Source: Psammoneis japonica
Taxonomy: Eukaryota
Length of the DNA: 64,000 bases
Direction of reading: 5' to 3'
Assembly: GCA_008632985.1 (NCBI GenBank)
Contig: QPGO01000032.1
Span: 59,330 to 123,329 of the forward strand
This document shows positions 37,709 through 50,024 of the stretch, piece after piece. The position numbers were made by a program, and so were the translations under genes. Positions within the stretch are counted from its first letter, which is position 1; each line of letters starts with the position of its first letter. The notes below the pieces were generated by a model, which was not told the DNA's origin, did not search any database, and worked only from the letters and a program-made list of their open reading frames with translations.

Positions 37709-37976
37709 AAAGTTCAGTGTTGACTTTCAACACTGGGTTTTTTGCATGCTCAATCCATGGACAGAAAGGGTCCAAATCTCAACCTTTGACAATGAAGTTT
37801 GTGATGAGTTGCCATCACAATGGAGCAGCAAATGCAACACCCTTTGACCAAATCTCCACCGGTGGAGAGATTGTGCATGATGTGACATTTTCACACTGTG
37901 TTCATTGCATTGCCACACAAATGCATGATGTGCCACAGTTTCTCAAGTGGAGCAAATCTCTGTGGTGGCTGAAGGG
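37709..37976. mobile_element. Right part of a second piggyBac-like MITE copy
   Basis: Homologous to 34734-35041 and ends GGTGGCTGAAGGG + TTGA (37977-37980). Confidence 0.7.
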
Positions 37977-39459
37977 TTGAAAATTTGACAAGCCAACAGG
38001 ATTTGCATGCAGAGTTTCACAAGACATTTTTAACCACGACCGGTCAAACTCATTTGGCATGTCCCCACAGTCCTCCAGGAGGTGCTTTGGGAACAACAGA
38101 GAGCATCCCTGTGGCATCATGTGGCTCAACACCATCAGCTTTTGCTGTGGCTGGCAAAAAAAAAGTGGCAACAACCAGCCAACAGCAGTCAGGCCAGTGT
38201 GCGAACTCACCAATGCATCATCTGAAAAGAAGACAGGGCCTGGTGGTCCCATGGGCACAGCCACATGTTGGGCCATTGCTCTTTTCAAGATCACACCATG
38301 AGTGTGAGCATCAGCCCATTTTCCACAGTGAGAGCAAATGATGAGAGACAGGAGTTGCTGAGAGTGGTGCATTTGTTGCTGAAGTGAGTGCCACTCTTTG
38401 TTGACCCTGTCTCCCACGTCCTGACCCTTCAAGCAGCAACCAGCAGCCAGGAATTCATGTTGTCCATATCGTGTTGGGTGAGTTGTCAAACCAAATCAAA
38501 TGACAACCACCCCAAATGTCAGCCAAAAACCACATCTTCACTGCTGTTTGGCCTTGTCAAGGGAGGGCACAAAAAATGCAGGAAAGCATGCAGCAATGTG
38601 CTCAAAACATTGAATCAGCAAGAATGAGAGAAACATTCAATGGCACTCCATTGGTGGTGGACAAGATCAAAAATCAAGACTCAAGACTCACGGCTGTTAC
38701 AAAACTTGTTGACGAGTGCCATTCAAAGCGCGAGGAGCCAAAAACAAAGCCTTGGTCACACGAAGAGGTCTGTGTGGATGACACGTCGGGTGATGATGTG
38801 TCGAATGGAGAAGATTGAATGACACCATCTTTCAATCAGGCGGTGCCAGACAACATCAAGATCTTGTGCATTGGATTGATGGGCCTCTCCATTCGATTCT
38901 CTTACTGTAGCGTGTGTTAAAACCCTTTGGAGTTACTCCAATTGCACCGGGATACCCGCTGCAGTCCAGTCTATGTAGTCGCGTGAAAAAGTGAAGAATG
39001 GTGGCTGAGCTTTATCTAACTCTACTCTTTCGCTCTTGCTCGATTCACACGTTCCTACTGATTCGTGACACCTTCTCTTCTTCCTGACCGGAGGAACCAA
39101 AGGTTGTCTCCTACTTTGCACTTCCTTATAGTGCGGGACTAGTATAACATTGATTTTGGGGAACCCCGAGGATCATTGATTGTTCATTGTTCTTGCATCA
39201 AATCTACCGTAGCCTCCTCACGGAACAGTGTTGTTTTGGTATAATGTTCCGAAACGATTCATTCGTTACTGTCCAATCGAACAAGCGTTTCATGGAAGGG
39301 CGATATTTTTGCCGGGCAAGGTTTGCACCATCATGACATTGGGTGCGCCACCTTGTGTCCCAACAGGACTATCATCTACCCGATTCATTTTCAATCCAAG
39401 CATCATTCGATTCTTCTTCTCCTTCTTCTTCGTTTGCACCATTCTTTGGTTCCATGGTA

Positions 39460-39957
39460 TCATCCACTTGCCATGTGACTCTTGTCCCCACGCGCTTGCC
39501 CCCTTCTCGCCACTTGTTGTCGATGAGGGGGACTGCTTAACCTCGCTGCTTCACTGTTGTTGGCTTCTACTTCTTCTTCCCCACCTACATCATTAGCAAT
39601 GACACTTCCCACAGTTATTTGCTCCTGCTTTTTGTCCATGTTGGGGTCATTGTTAGAAGCGGTCGAATTGAGTACGGATCTCGACAAGTTCCTCGTTTCT
39701 GACCGGGCCGAGTTGGACCAGGTAGAACCACCCGCGGCATTGCGTTGGCCGAAATAGCGACGCTTGATTCTCGGACTAAAATAGACAGAGCTGTTGAAAA
39801 AGCCTTGCATGGGAATAAAGACGGCCATTAACACAAAAATGGGGTAGGGGACCGTCGTTCCTACGGTTTGCATGGCCCGGAGTGTGGTGGGAAAGATGAA
39901 TGTGAGGTAAAAGCTACACACGTAATGAATGGATTGCCAATAGACAATGCGGGACAT
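39460..39957 (-). pseudogene. 5'-truncated GPCR-like gene fragment (last two TM helices and tail)
   Basis: VYWQSIHYVCSFYLTFIFPT and FIPMQGFFNSSVYFSPR resemble TM6-TM7 of diatom cAR/Git3-like 7TM receptors. In-frame stop four codons upstream of the ATG and only about 250 bp to the next gene. Confidence 0.65.
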
Positions 39958-40203
39958 GAGTTGATATTAATTTAACGATATACATGTATGAATGATGTTA
40001 GACATTTTGGAATTTGGAATTTGACCAGCCGATGTCGATAACTACTTTTGTCGATAATTGGAATTCTTCACGATGACAAACATGACACCCCCCGCTACGC
40101 TGCGGTGTTGCGAGGCGTGTTATTTACAATACACTCTAACATCTCTCACCTGCAAACAGTACAGTACAAAGAAAGAGATAACGCAACTTGCTGCTGACGA
40201 AGA

Positions 40204-41409
40204 ATGGACTCGAGCTCCCATCCACCGCGTCGACGATCCGTTCGGATTCTGAACCAGAACCTGCCACAGGAGCTAATTCGAGAAAGTGATCGAATATCTT
40301 CAAATGATCCAACGTTTGTGGAAGTTGCACGTAGATGGTTTGAAAGCGGTGATGCTGGTATCGAAGCGTTGGGCTTGGCTCTGATGCAACGAAATTCCTT
40401 TCCAAACCCACATGTTATAAATCGGTTGGGATTTGTTCATCAGCCCATCAACTTGGGCTCAACGCACATAACTTGGCGTGGGGTGCGTGCTCTAGCGCCA
40501 AACCTGAAACATGTCAGAGAAATATTTTTGGTCTGCATTAGAATTGGAAATGAGGGAGCCATAGAGCTGGTCCGGGGGTTGTCGAAGGCGCACTCTGGAG
40601 GAGCAACATCATCAAACCTGAAGCGCCTTGATATTTGGCGTTGCGGCATTGGAGATGAAGGGCTCACGCGCATCTCCAATGACCTGTTGGCGAATCCTTT
40701 CTTTAAACTGAAAACATTTTCATTCTCGTCGGAAGATGTCACATTTCTGGGATGGCAGGCATTGGCCACAGCGTTACGCACCGTCACATCGGTTCGAGCG
40801 TTACGCCTCGGAGCACTCGACGATAGTAGTGCATGCATGCTTGCGGAAGAGCTGATTTACAACAACAGTGTGAAATTTCTTTCTTTGCCGCGTAGCTTTA
40901 TTGGGACCAATGCAGCTTTGTCCCTTGGAAAACTGCTTAAAATGAAAAGCATGAGAGCTGTTCTCCTTCGACATTGCCATATCACCAGTGATGGCGCCGA
41001 GGCTCTAGCGCATGGCCTCCAAGATAACACGAGCCTAGTCATGTTGGATTTAAGTCATAATTCAATTGACAGTAGAGGAGTTTTGGCTTTATTGAAGGCA
41101 GTCAGAGACCACAACCGAACCATTGCTTGGCTCAAAGTGGCCTCGAATGTGGACAATGTCCAAGTAACGGTTATGGCCTACCAGATTAGTTTCTATTGCT
41201 GTCTAAATCGTCTGGGGCGTCAGCACGTGGGTGATGTATCCATGCCGGTCGCTTTGTGGCCACTCATCTTGTCCAAGGAATCAATCAGGACTCGCCCCAG
41301 TTTGATGTTTGCGATGATTAGAGAAAGGCCTGATATCTTTCAGTTTCGACAAGGGGTCGCTCCGCATGGACGTCAGCACAACCGTAAACGAAAGCGGGGC
41401 GATGCATAG
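40204..41409 (+). CDS. RNI-like leucine-rich repeat protein (401 aa)
   Basis: Repeats such as LKRLDIWRCGIGDEGL, ITSDGAEALAHGLQDNTSLVMLDLSHNSIDSRG; C-terminal LNRLGR...LWPLIL...IRERP typical of an expanded diatom family. Confidence 0.88.
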   Translation: MDSSSHPPRRRSVRILNQNLPQELIRESDRISSNDPTFVEVARRWFESGDAGIEALGLALMQRNSFPNPHVINRLGFVHQPINLGSTHITWRGVRALAPNLKHVREIFLVCIRIGNEGAIELVRGLSKAHSGGATSSNLKRLDIWRCGIGDEGLTRISNDLLANPFFKLKTFSFSSEDVTFLGWQALATALRTVTSVRALRLGALDDSSACMLAEELIYNNSVKFLSLPRSFIGTNAALSLGKLLKMKSMRAVLLRHCHITSDGAEALAHGLQDNTSLVMLDLSHNSIDSRGVLALLKAVRDHNRTIAWLKVASNVDNVQVTVMAYQISFYCCLNRLGRQHVGDVSMPVALWPLILSKESIRTRPSLMFAMIRERPDIFQFRQGVAPHGRQHNRKRKRGDA

Positions 41410-41560
41410 GCCCTAGCTCGAGGGCACTTTCATGCACAATCTCTCAATCTTTATTAGAATTGTCTATACTTGCTGCAATCATCAGGCTTGGGCCCTAAGC
41501 TAGAAAGTTTTTACATGCTAAACATGATATGCGCTAAACGGTATCTTCAGCGAAACTAGT

Positions 41561-43407
41561 TTAGAAATCAGCGTTTCCCGGATATCTTGGGAATGCAATC
41601 GCATCGCGAATGTTCTCGATTCCGCATACATAAGTTACCAAGCGTTCAAAACCGAGACCATACCCCGCATGTGGAACAGAGCCGTATCGCCTCAGATCCA
41701 AATACCACCAATAGTCTTCCGGGTCCAAATCTTGCTCAGCCAATTTTGCCTCCAACACATCCAAGCGTTCCTCCTAATGTGGTGATTAACAAAGGAAAAC
41801 GATTAGGGCAAAACATAAAAGGACCAAAAACGCACAGGGAGCATCACTTACTCTTTGACTGCCTCCGACCAACTCTCCAACACCTGGCACGAGGAGATCC
41901 ATGGCATTCACTGTCTCCCCGCCATCCTCATCATTGTCGCGCATGTAAAAGGCCTTGATGCTCTTAGGATAGTTGTACACAAAGACGGCGCTGTCGAACT
42001 TTGTTTCGGCCAACCACCGCTCGTGCTCAGTTGCCAGGTCTGTACCAAACTCCACTTCGGGAAACTGCCACTTGGATGGATCCTTGGCAATTTCCTCTTG
42101 AAGGAATCCAATCGCATCACGATACGACACACGTGCAAACGGTTGAGCCACCAGCTTTTCCAATCGTTTCTTGAGATTCTTATCGTAGAACTTTTGGAAG
42201 AACGTCAAGTCCGAGTCACACGTGTCAAGAACATGCGACACAACCGATTTGAGCATGGCTTCGGCATTGTCCATGGCAGAGTCCAAGTCTGCAAAGGCCA
42301 TTTCTGGTTCCACCATGTGAAACTCGGCCAAGTGACGCGTTGTTTGAGAGTTTTCGGCACGAAAGGTGGGTCCAAAGGTGTAGACATCCCCCAGGGCACA
42401 AGCGTGTGTCTCGGCACCCAATTGACCGCTCACCGTCAAATACGCTGGCTTGCCAAAGAAATCTTTTGAATAGTCCACCGCATCTGTGGGACCTTCTTTT
42501 TTGTTTTCTTTGTTTGCATCCGCACGCGGCAATTCCGAGATATTGTCAAGATCCAACGTTGTTACACGAAACAGTTCGCCCGCTCCCTCACAATCACTCG
42601 CTGTAATGAGAGGCGTTTGAACATAGACAAAGCCAGACTGTTGGAAAAACGAATGAACCGCACCCGCCAAGGCCGACCTGACCCTCGCCACGGCTGCTAC
42701 AGTATTCGTACGAGGCCTCAAGTGTGCCAAGGTACGAAGGTATTCCAAAGAATGGCGCTTTTTGGCCAGAGGGTATGTTTCTCCCGGACACTCGCCTACA
42801 ATTTTGAGAGAGGAAGCCGCCAACTCGACCGCCTGTTTGCCACCCTGAGATTTGACCAGAGGTCCCGTCACAACAACGGCGCAGCCAGTTGTCAATCTGT
42901 TGATTTCTATACAAGATAAAGAAACATAGTGTTAGTAAAGAAGAATTAGCCACCCATACATGCTTGTCTGAATTGCTTACCGTTTTTCGACGCTTCGTCA
43001 ATATCGTCAAAGCCCAAAACGCACTGGATACCCGAAAGGTTTGATCCATCGTTGACCTCGACGAACGCCAACGTCTTTTGCTTTCGAACGGTACGGACCC
43101 ACCCCTTTACAACAACTGGATGATCTGTTGGTTTTGTGGCTTGAGCAGCCTTGATTCGCGGCACAATGGATGGCGTTTCCGTTTTGGAAGAGGTCGTTTT
43201 TGACTCATCTGTATCGGTCGACATGGACAAGAGAGAAACTTGTTGTTGTCTCTTGGAAATGGAAGAAACAGAAAAAGCGGACGCACATTGAATCATACTA
43301 CGGCTGTTGGAACGACGCATGGTGGCACACAGCGCAGCCACAACACAGGTGCGAGCCATGATGGAGCCGAACGATCTTGACGACTTATTTTTTCGAACTT
43401 TCAACAT
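41561..43407 (-). CDS. asnS: Organellar asparaginyl-tRNA synthetase, 3 exons (43407 or 43359-42981, 42906-41852, 41773-41561)
   Basis: [74 protein letters not shown] introns 42980-42907 (TACTAAC branch point) and 41851-41774 restore the frame. N-terminal ASAF motif. Confidence 0.96.
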
Positions 43408-43941
43408 GTGAGTGCGTAAGTTCTGGCTGCTACAATACAAATCCCAACAATCACAGCAGCACTGTGTTAGCCTATGCCCTTGGATTGCAGTAGTTGTTTA
43501 CAGAAGGCAATGCAACATCAACACAACAAACAGACAACAGCGCAATCGTCAGTCCTCGTCGTCAGTGGCGCGAAGAAAGAAGTTTCGTCGTCGGAGCGGG
43601 AGGAAAAGATGAGGCTCTCGGGTAGACGGACGTACTGCACGTATGCTGTCAGTGCGTGGCGCGCGCGTGGCGTGGCGTGGCGGGACAATGTGTTGGCACA
43701 TGAATTCCCTCCAACAAAATTTCGCGCCGAACACACGAAACTCTGTTCCTCACTAAACAACAACGAGGTCACTCCCACTGAGGTTACACCGTGTGCCGCC
43801 CTGGGATTAAAAAAATCAGCTGTTCATCGCAACAAAATCTCAATGTTTTGCATGCGATGGGGTGACCCAACAGAAGCCGTGGAATGACTGGCAGTGCACC
43901 TTTTACCTTGCTTTCTTTTGTTTTTGACAAAATTGTGCTCA

Positions 43942-44220
43942 AGGCCTGTTCCAGCCCCAGGTGATGAGCAATCCATCACGCGTGAGGCCGATTTTCTGTG
44001 CAGTCCAGCACATTGAACTCCTTCAAATTTGATTGTTTTGAAAATTGAAAGGTGAGCGCACACAAAGAAATGCAAGTTTTGTGGTGTGCACTCACACCCC
44101 TCGATTTGGAAAAACCCCGATTTTGAAGGAGGAGTCTGATTGCGTTGGGGCTCCAATTGCAAAAATGGGCCAATGGTGGGAATCAAGCATGTGCGCATCA
44201 CCTGGAGCTGGAGCAGGCCT
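43942..44220. mobile_element. 279-bp MITE with 29-bp terminal inverted repeats
   Basis: AGGCCTGTTCCAGCCCCAGGTGATGAGCA (43942-43970) versus TGCGCATCACCTGGAGCTGGAGCAGGCCT (44192-44220), 26/29 complementary; flanked by CA on both sides. Confidence 0.8.
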
Positions 44221-44699
44221 CAAATCACCTCAGGGTCCTGTCATCATTCTCTTTCAGGAACCACACGAGCCAGGCTGAGACCAAAAGAAAAAGCAAACCT
44301 GTCATGTTGTTGGCAAAAAGAAAGATTGGAAGACTTGGAGCAAAAACCTGAACAAGCAAGACAGATTTTGGAATGAATTTGTCAAACTGGCACAGGTTTG
44401 TTCTCAAGCTCCAGGTGGTGACAAAAAAGTTTTTCACAGTTGGCTGCACGATTGAGAGGCCACACACCTGATGGACCAGTGCCAAGAGAATCAACAAGCA
44501 TTGCTGGGAGCAGCACTGTTTCAAGCAGCCTTTTCCACTGGAGAAAAACAGGCTGTTCATTGAAGTGGAGGTGAGTTGGAATGAGTGCAATTGAGAAGGA
44601 GTCTGGGGAGGAAGCATTTGAAACCAGACAGACAGATTTTAAAAAACTGTTCATGAAGGTGAGTTGTTGAAGGCAGCTGTGAAATTCAGCATGTGCAAA

Positions 44700-45550
44700 T
44701 TTGTCTTTTGAGGACTTTCAGCCCAAGCGCTCCTGCTCCATGTCAAATGGAGTTGTGAAGCCATCATTTCAATTGGTGCACTGTGTTGAACAATTCTTTG
44801 GGCAACTTCTGCAAAATGCCCAATGCAAGTTTTTGACAACAAGGTGACAACTCCAATGCCACTGGTGCAAACAACCAATCTTTGTGTCACTGCAAACCAT
44901 GCATGGCAGGACAAATCAAAGTGCCAAACACAGCAAAAACCATGCAGCTGTTCCACACTCCAGTGGTGCACATTGGGGCCTGACAGACATCTGCAGCCAT
45001 TCTGCAGCATCTCCATTTGCCACTCCAGTGGCTGTGTCTTCAGTGTTGAATGGCACTGAAAGCATGCTGTGTGCAACAGGTCTTTTGTCTGTGAATGGCA
45101 TTCAACATGTGCAAGGGCACAAAAACAAAACATTGCACACATGAAGAACTGCACTCTGTGGTGACTCCCTCGAGCAAGTGCTGGAGGAAAATCCCTGAAG
45201 CAGAAGCTCAACTCAACAGTGCTTGCAACATGATGGTTTTGAGCTTTTATTTCTGCAGGCTTTCACATGAAATGCATTAAAAAGTGCTTTGTGGCACAGT
45301 GCCACCCTCTTGTGAAAGATGCCTTTTGTCGCGTTGGACTTGTCTGTGCACTCCTTGCAACTGGCGCTGGCTTGGACAACAAACTCTGTTGTGCTGTTGT
45401 TGAGTGTTGCAAGAGTGTCACCTCTCAACAGCCTGCTCATGAGCATGGGCTTTTCTGCACCAGCCACAATGTTCTGACCACAGTTGATGCACCCAGGGGT
45501 GGTTGTTGCTCTGAAAGAGCAGTCACTCTTTGGACATTCCAGCACTGAAG
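44700..45550 (-). pseudogene. Degenerate Ty3/gypsy-like gag remnant inside TpA/CpG-depleted block 43810-46610
   Basis: GQNIVAG...SRLLRGDTLATLNN...KEC...KGIF and DFPP resemble diatom gypsy gag (RLLRGDAL...FP...QKRYMRR...FFPP). Recognition from memory only. Confidence 0.45.
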
Positions 45551-46716
45551 CATGGCATGCTCAGCTTTTCTGTGCCAGACAGCTGATGTTGTCATCTGCC
45601 AGCAGTTGTGCAGTTTGTGGCAGCACTTGGCACTTGCCCTTTTGCAGTTGCTTCTCCCTGGGACACTGTGTGGAGGAATGGGGGGGGAGCAATTGCTTGC
45701 AATGCAATGAGCAGTGTGATGACTCATGTTGATTGTTGTTGGTTCGGCGCAAGTTTTTTTGTGGCTTTCATTGTGTGTCAGTCTCACGATGATGAAAAAC
45801 CAACAGTCTGGAGGACCACCCATCATGCCAGACAGTGCCACAGTTGCATGGAGCACTCTGGCTGGCACTTGTGCAACTTCACAGGTGGGCATCATGCCAA
45901 AAATTCAGTGCAGTCATTGAGTTGGGTTTGTCAACAGTTGTGAAGGCATTTTCACCCACCACCAGCTCCACCTCTGCACATGACTGCACTTTGCCTTCTA
46001 GTCTTGTCTGCCTGCCTCCCACATGTGGTGCAACACTGAGGGGTTCCAACCAGGCTTCAGCCATGGTCAGCGCTGCGCACACGCCATGGCTGGCTGGCTT
46101 TGTCAACACAAGAAGGTTTCTGTGTGCACTTGCGAGAGCAAGGTTGTGATGTGCCTTGTGCACTGAGTTTGGAGACAAACATTGAGCAGTTGTTGAGGTT
46201 GTTGTTGATGATGACAATTGGTGTTGTGACAACAATTTTTGAGTTGGCACAATTTGCTGCTGTGAAATGCTCAGTTGTTGCACGACGAGCTGGTGCTGCA
46301 CCCATGACTTCACACATGCACACATGAGTGTCTCAATCCATGAACCAAGAGCTTTGTGCTCCAAGTTCATCTCAGTGCTTGGTGAAGGCTGCACAATGTG
46401 CACAAAGCCGATGTTCACAGGCATGAGTTCAGGGACTCCAGTTGGTTGCGGGGCGGGGCAACAATGGCGCCCATGCCCATGCGTGATTTCCATCGCGGAC
46501 GCGACTCCGAGTCGTGCTTCGTCGCTGTGCGCGGGTTGAGTTTCGTTTGTGCTGCATTGAGCACTTGTTCATGTCTCACAACAAAAAGCTGCGGATCGTT
46601 TCATGTGTGCTGGATCATGTATGTTTCAGAACTTCACTACGTGGTGCTTCTTGGTTTAAGTGCTTGCACAGTCTTTCAAAGTGAGTCCCTCTTGTGGCAT
46701 TCACCAGACAACATAG

Positions 46717-47571
46717 GTGCTCTTCGCGCCGTACACATTTCTATGTCTCATGATCCATGATCCTCTTCTTTCGGGAGCAGTTTGGAAACCCTCCTGTAGT
46801 GAATTGGTTGCAGCCGCTCGGTCTCTTCAAAGTGATTCTGACTGGTCTATTGTGACTAAGGAGGAGGGTAAGCAGGAAAACACTGGCAATGCGAAAGAAG
46901 CAGATAATGTCGGGCAGTCGTTGGTGAAGGTCAAGGCTGTGGCATGGCAAACCTTCAACTTTACTTTCTTAAGCATCCTCGGCACTGCCTATATCTATTC
47001 AGTGATGTCTGTGTATCTGAATAATTTCACCCTTGTAATTGACGCGAACGGAATGTATGACAAGAAGGAGATCCGTCATTCAGAACTGATAAACGCTTTC
47101 CAAGAACTCGCCCGAGAGGATTCATTGACTGATTGGAGGCAAATCTCTCAATATGTCAATACCTCTGAGTTTCTTTATCGCTACTTTGCTATCGTGGTTG
47201 CTGGTTGGGTCGGTACGTTCTCTCTACGTGAAAAGCCGCTGATCGTGCTCTCAGAACAGCTATAAACGTTGTATTCATTCGTCGTCTACCCTCTTTCAGG
47301 CTGGTATTTAGTGGCGAAGCGACTCTATCAGGAAAGGAATGTCGATCAAACCAATATGAGATCGTTTTTCGACACTGTTCAAAAAGATCGATGGCTGCAA
47401 TTGTATCTAGTTTGTCATTTAATGTCATTCGTCTTGCTCTGCCTTATGATGTATGAGGTGTGGCTAGACACGAAGAGCCCTTTCAAGAGACTTGGTCTCC
47501 ATCCTTTTGCATCAAACAAGGAAATCAAGAGAGCTTATAGAGTGGCTATGCTGTGCTATCACTCCGACTAA
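46717..47571 (+). pseudogene. Membrane protein with C-terminal DnaJ domain, disrupted
   Basis: In-frame TAA at 47263-47265; J-domain SPFKRLGLHPFASNKEIKRAYRVAMLCYHSD ends in a stop where HPDK is expected. Confidence 0.65.
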
Positions 47572-47974
47572 TCATTGCGGCTAGATTTCTTAGTTTAACA
47601 AGTGAGCAATCAATAAGAACCAGCGCACGAAAACGTGCATCGTGACAAGCTAGTTGGTAACTTCATACTGTAAACGGACTTCTGAACTGAAGCTCAAAGA
47701 TTCCACAGCTACTAAGCACAGGAGGAGCATGAGAGTGCCTGATCCCCAGTTTATACTTCCAAATTGAAATGGATTCGAAGTGACATCTCCCGTCCAAAAT
47801 GCATTACAGTATATCTTCTGTCGCTTCATAGCAGTTTGGAGCTGCAACGTAATTGTCGAACAGGACCAATTGTTACTCTAGAGTTGTGAAAAACACAGGT
47901 TATCTTTGCAATAACAGAAGTGTTTAATTGATTAGCTACATTAGATTCAGTTGACCTACTTGCCATATTTATTT

Positions 47975-50024
47975 CTAGTTGCCTCCGCTCCCCCCAGTAG
48001 AATTCTTGGGAACAATCTTTCGTGGTGGCAGAGCAATGGGTGGGGCAACGACTTCTGCGCCCTCCTGTACACCTTCGTTGTATTCTGTCATGTACTGAAG
48101 AGCTCCGCATTGGTTGGCCAACAGAGATGCTACAGCTTCGGCTTGTGCATGAGTCAAGGCACCAATCCGACCGCCGACTCGCGCTCTCAGGATGTCATTC
48201 AAAATGGGATCCGTGTCCTCAACAGGCGGACATTCCAAGCTCACTCGCACACGAATTTGCACAGGAAATGGCGAAGATGTCGCCTTTGGGTTCTTTGAAA
48301 ACGCAGTTGGTTCAATATTCATAATGGCGGGTGTCAATGCTTCAAATATCCCAAACAACAAACGGTCAGTCACGTTGAACAAAAAGATTGGAGACCCTGG
48401 CGCAATGACGGATGCTGCAGCTTTCATGTGCGAAGGCAATCCCAAAATACCCCTACCCAAGCACTCATCCATGGTTTCGATCGTACACGGGAAGATGAAG
48501 CCAGGTCCAGGCATGACTGGCCAAGCAACTTCGTCCGGTTCGGGACAACGAAAGTCGGTCAAGAGAGCATCCACAGCAGGCGGATCCGATTCTCCCGAAA
48601 ACGATTCATACAGACTAACCAATGGTGAGTTCCAAAGAACCTTCATCAACGATTCTCCCGTATTGGGGTTCATGTCTTGACAAAAACGCGTGTTCTTGGT
48701 GGGCAGGAGCAAATCGGGCGCGGCTTCGACAGCGGTGTTAATGTCCAACTCAGTAGTACGGTACCATTCCACCTTGAAGCGGTAACAAAAGGCATCATCT
48801 TCGTTTCCACTGGCAGCCTTTTCTTGAAAGGTCGCAATCGACGTCATGAGAGCTGCGCCTTGAATGTGTCTCGAGTCACTCACTGTAAAAAAGATCATGA
48901 CTTGGCGTTTGCCATCACGAAACGCTTCGTTGAGGCGTTCTGCATCCCGCCGCTGAACATACCATTCACCCTTGACTGTACTGATCGCCAAGTCCCGTTG
49001 AGTGGCAGCCCGGACAATAAAGAAGGAAGCCTGCTCTGGCTCGAGAATCGGATTTGGCTTTCCTCCCTCCGCAGAACCACCGTGGTAGTAGTCAAGAGTT
49101 GTATGTTCTTGCGTACTAAACATATTGTCCGAAAGCTCTTCGCCACTGCCCTCCGCTTCTTGTTCTCGTTGACGCGGAAATTTCTTCAGCTCGTGCTCTC
49201 CGTGTGCAAAGTGGCATCCGTCGCCAAAGGGACATTCACCCTGCATAAAGTGCTTGCACAAACTAACTTTGTAAAACTCGTTTGGTTTCGGTGCAGGCCG
49301 ACGTGCCGTGACACCATCCTTGCCAGACGCCTGCATTTGACTGAGACCAAGTGTAAAATCCGCAACCGCTGGTAAATCCACACGATCCCGAGCAATGTGC
49401 TTGTATCGACAAAAGGGACCATGGATGCAAAAGCCCTGAGAGTAAAAAACGCACTCGAGCCGGTCTTCTTCGGAAATGTGTCGAAACGGACAATCCTTAA
49501 TTTTACACCGATCTCCGTGACGACATAAAGGCATTTTGGACAAGTCGTATTGATGCAAAAATTCACACGCTGCTCCCTTCATGCACAAATCACGGAGCCA
49601 GTGACGACAAACGACGGTACGCAAACGGGGATCGTGCTTGGCAGACGTCATGACGGGCTCGGCTTCTTCTCCAGTAGCAAATACAGAGCCAGCCTAATCA
49701 TAAAAAAGGAAAAAATAGTATAAGTACAGCAGTCTAATAGCAGCAAAAAGAGTAACACCAACTTCAATTCAATTCAATTCAATCTAGCCTATGACGAGCT
49801 TTTACAACGCCTGATATGCCTTTCAATCCACAACCATGGATTACTCTTCAACTCACCTTTCGATAGGGCAACGGATCTAACGTTTCAGGAATACCATGTT
49901 CCAACGCATACTTTTCAAAATCATACTGTATGGTATCCACCGTAAGTGGGGCCTTCTCAAGAATATGTGTTGGGCCACTGTCAGCGGCGGATGCCATGGA
50001 TGTTGTTGCCGCTGTTGTCGCCAT
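47975..50024 (-). CDS. CPSF4: CPSF30/CPSF4-like protein: CCCH zinc fingers, YTH domain, DCD domain; 2 exons (50024-49857, 49693-47975)
   Basis: RTVVCRHWLRDLCMKGAACEFLHQYDLSKMPLC, CVFYSQGFCIHGPFCRYKH, YKVSLCKHFMQGECPFGDGCHFAHG; YTH SFFIVRA...GEW...LNEAF...IQGAALMTS; DCD GFIFPC...GLP...IFLFN...FGIFEA...PFPVQIRV. Phase-0 GT-AG intron 49856-49694. Confidence 0.9.

Larger units (their letters stand above)
29470..38890. mobile_element. Heavily degenerated repeat block depleted of both TpA and CpG
   Basis: About 9 kb dominated by TG/CA. Contains piggyBac-like MITEs and a CRE fragment; the rest is unrecognisable by eye. Confidence 0.75.
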
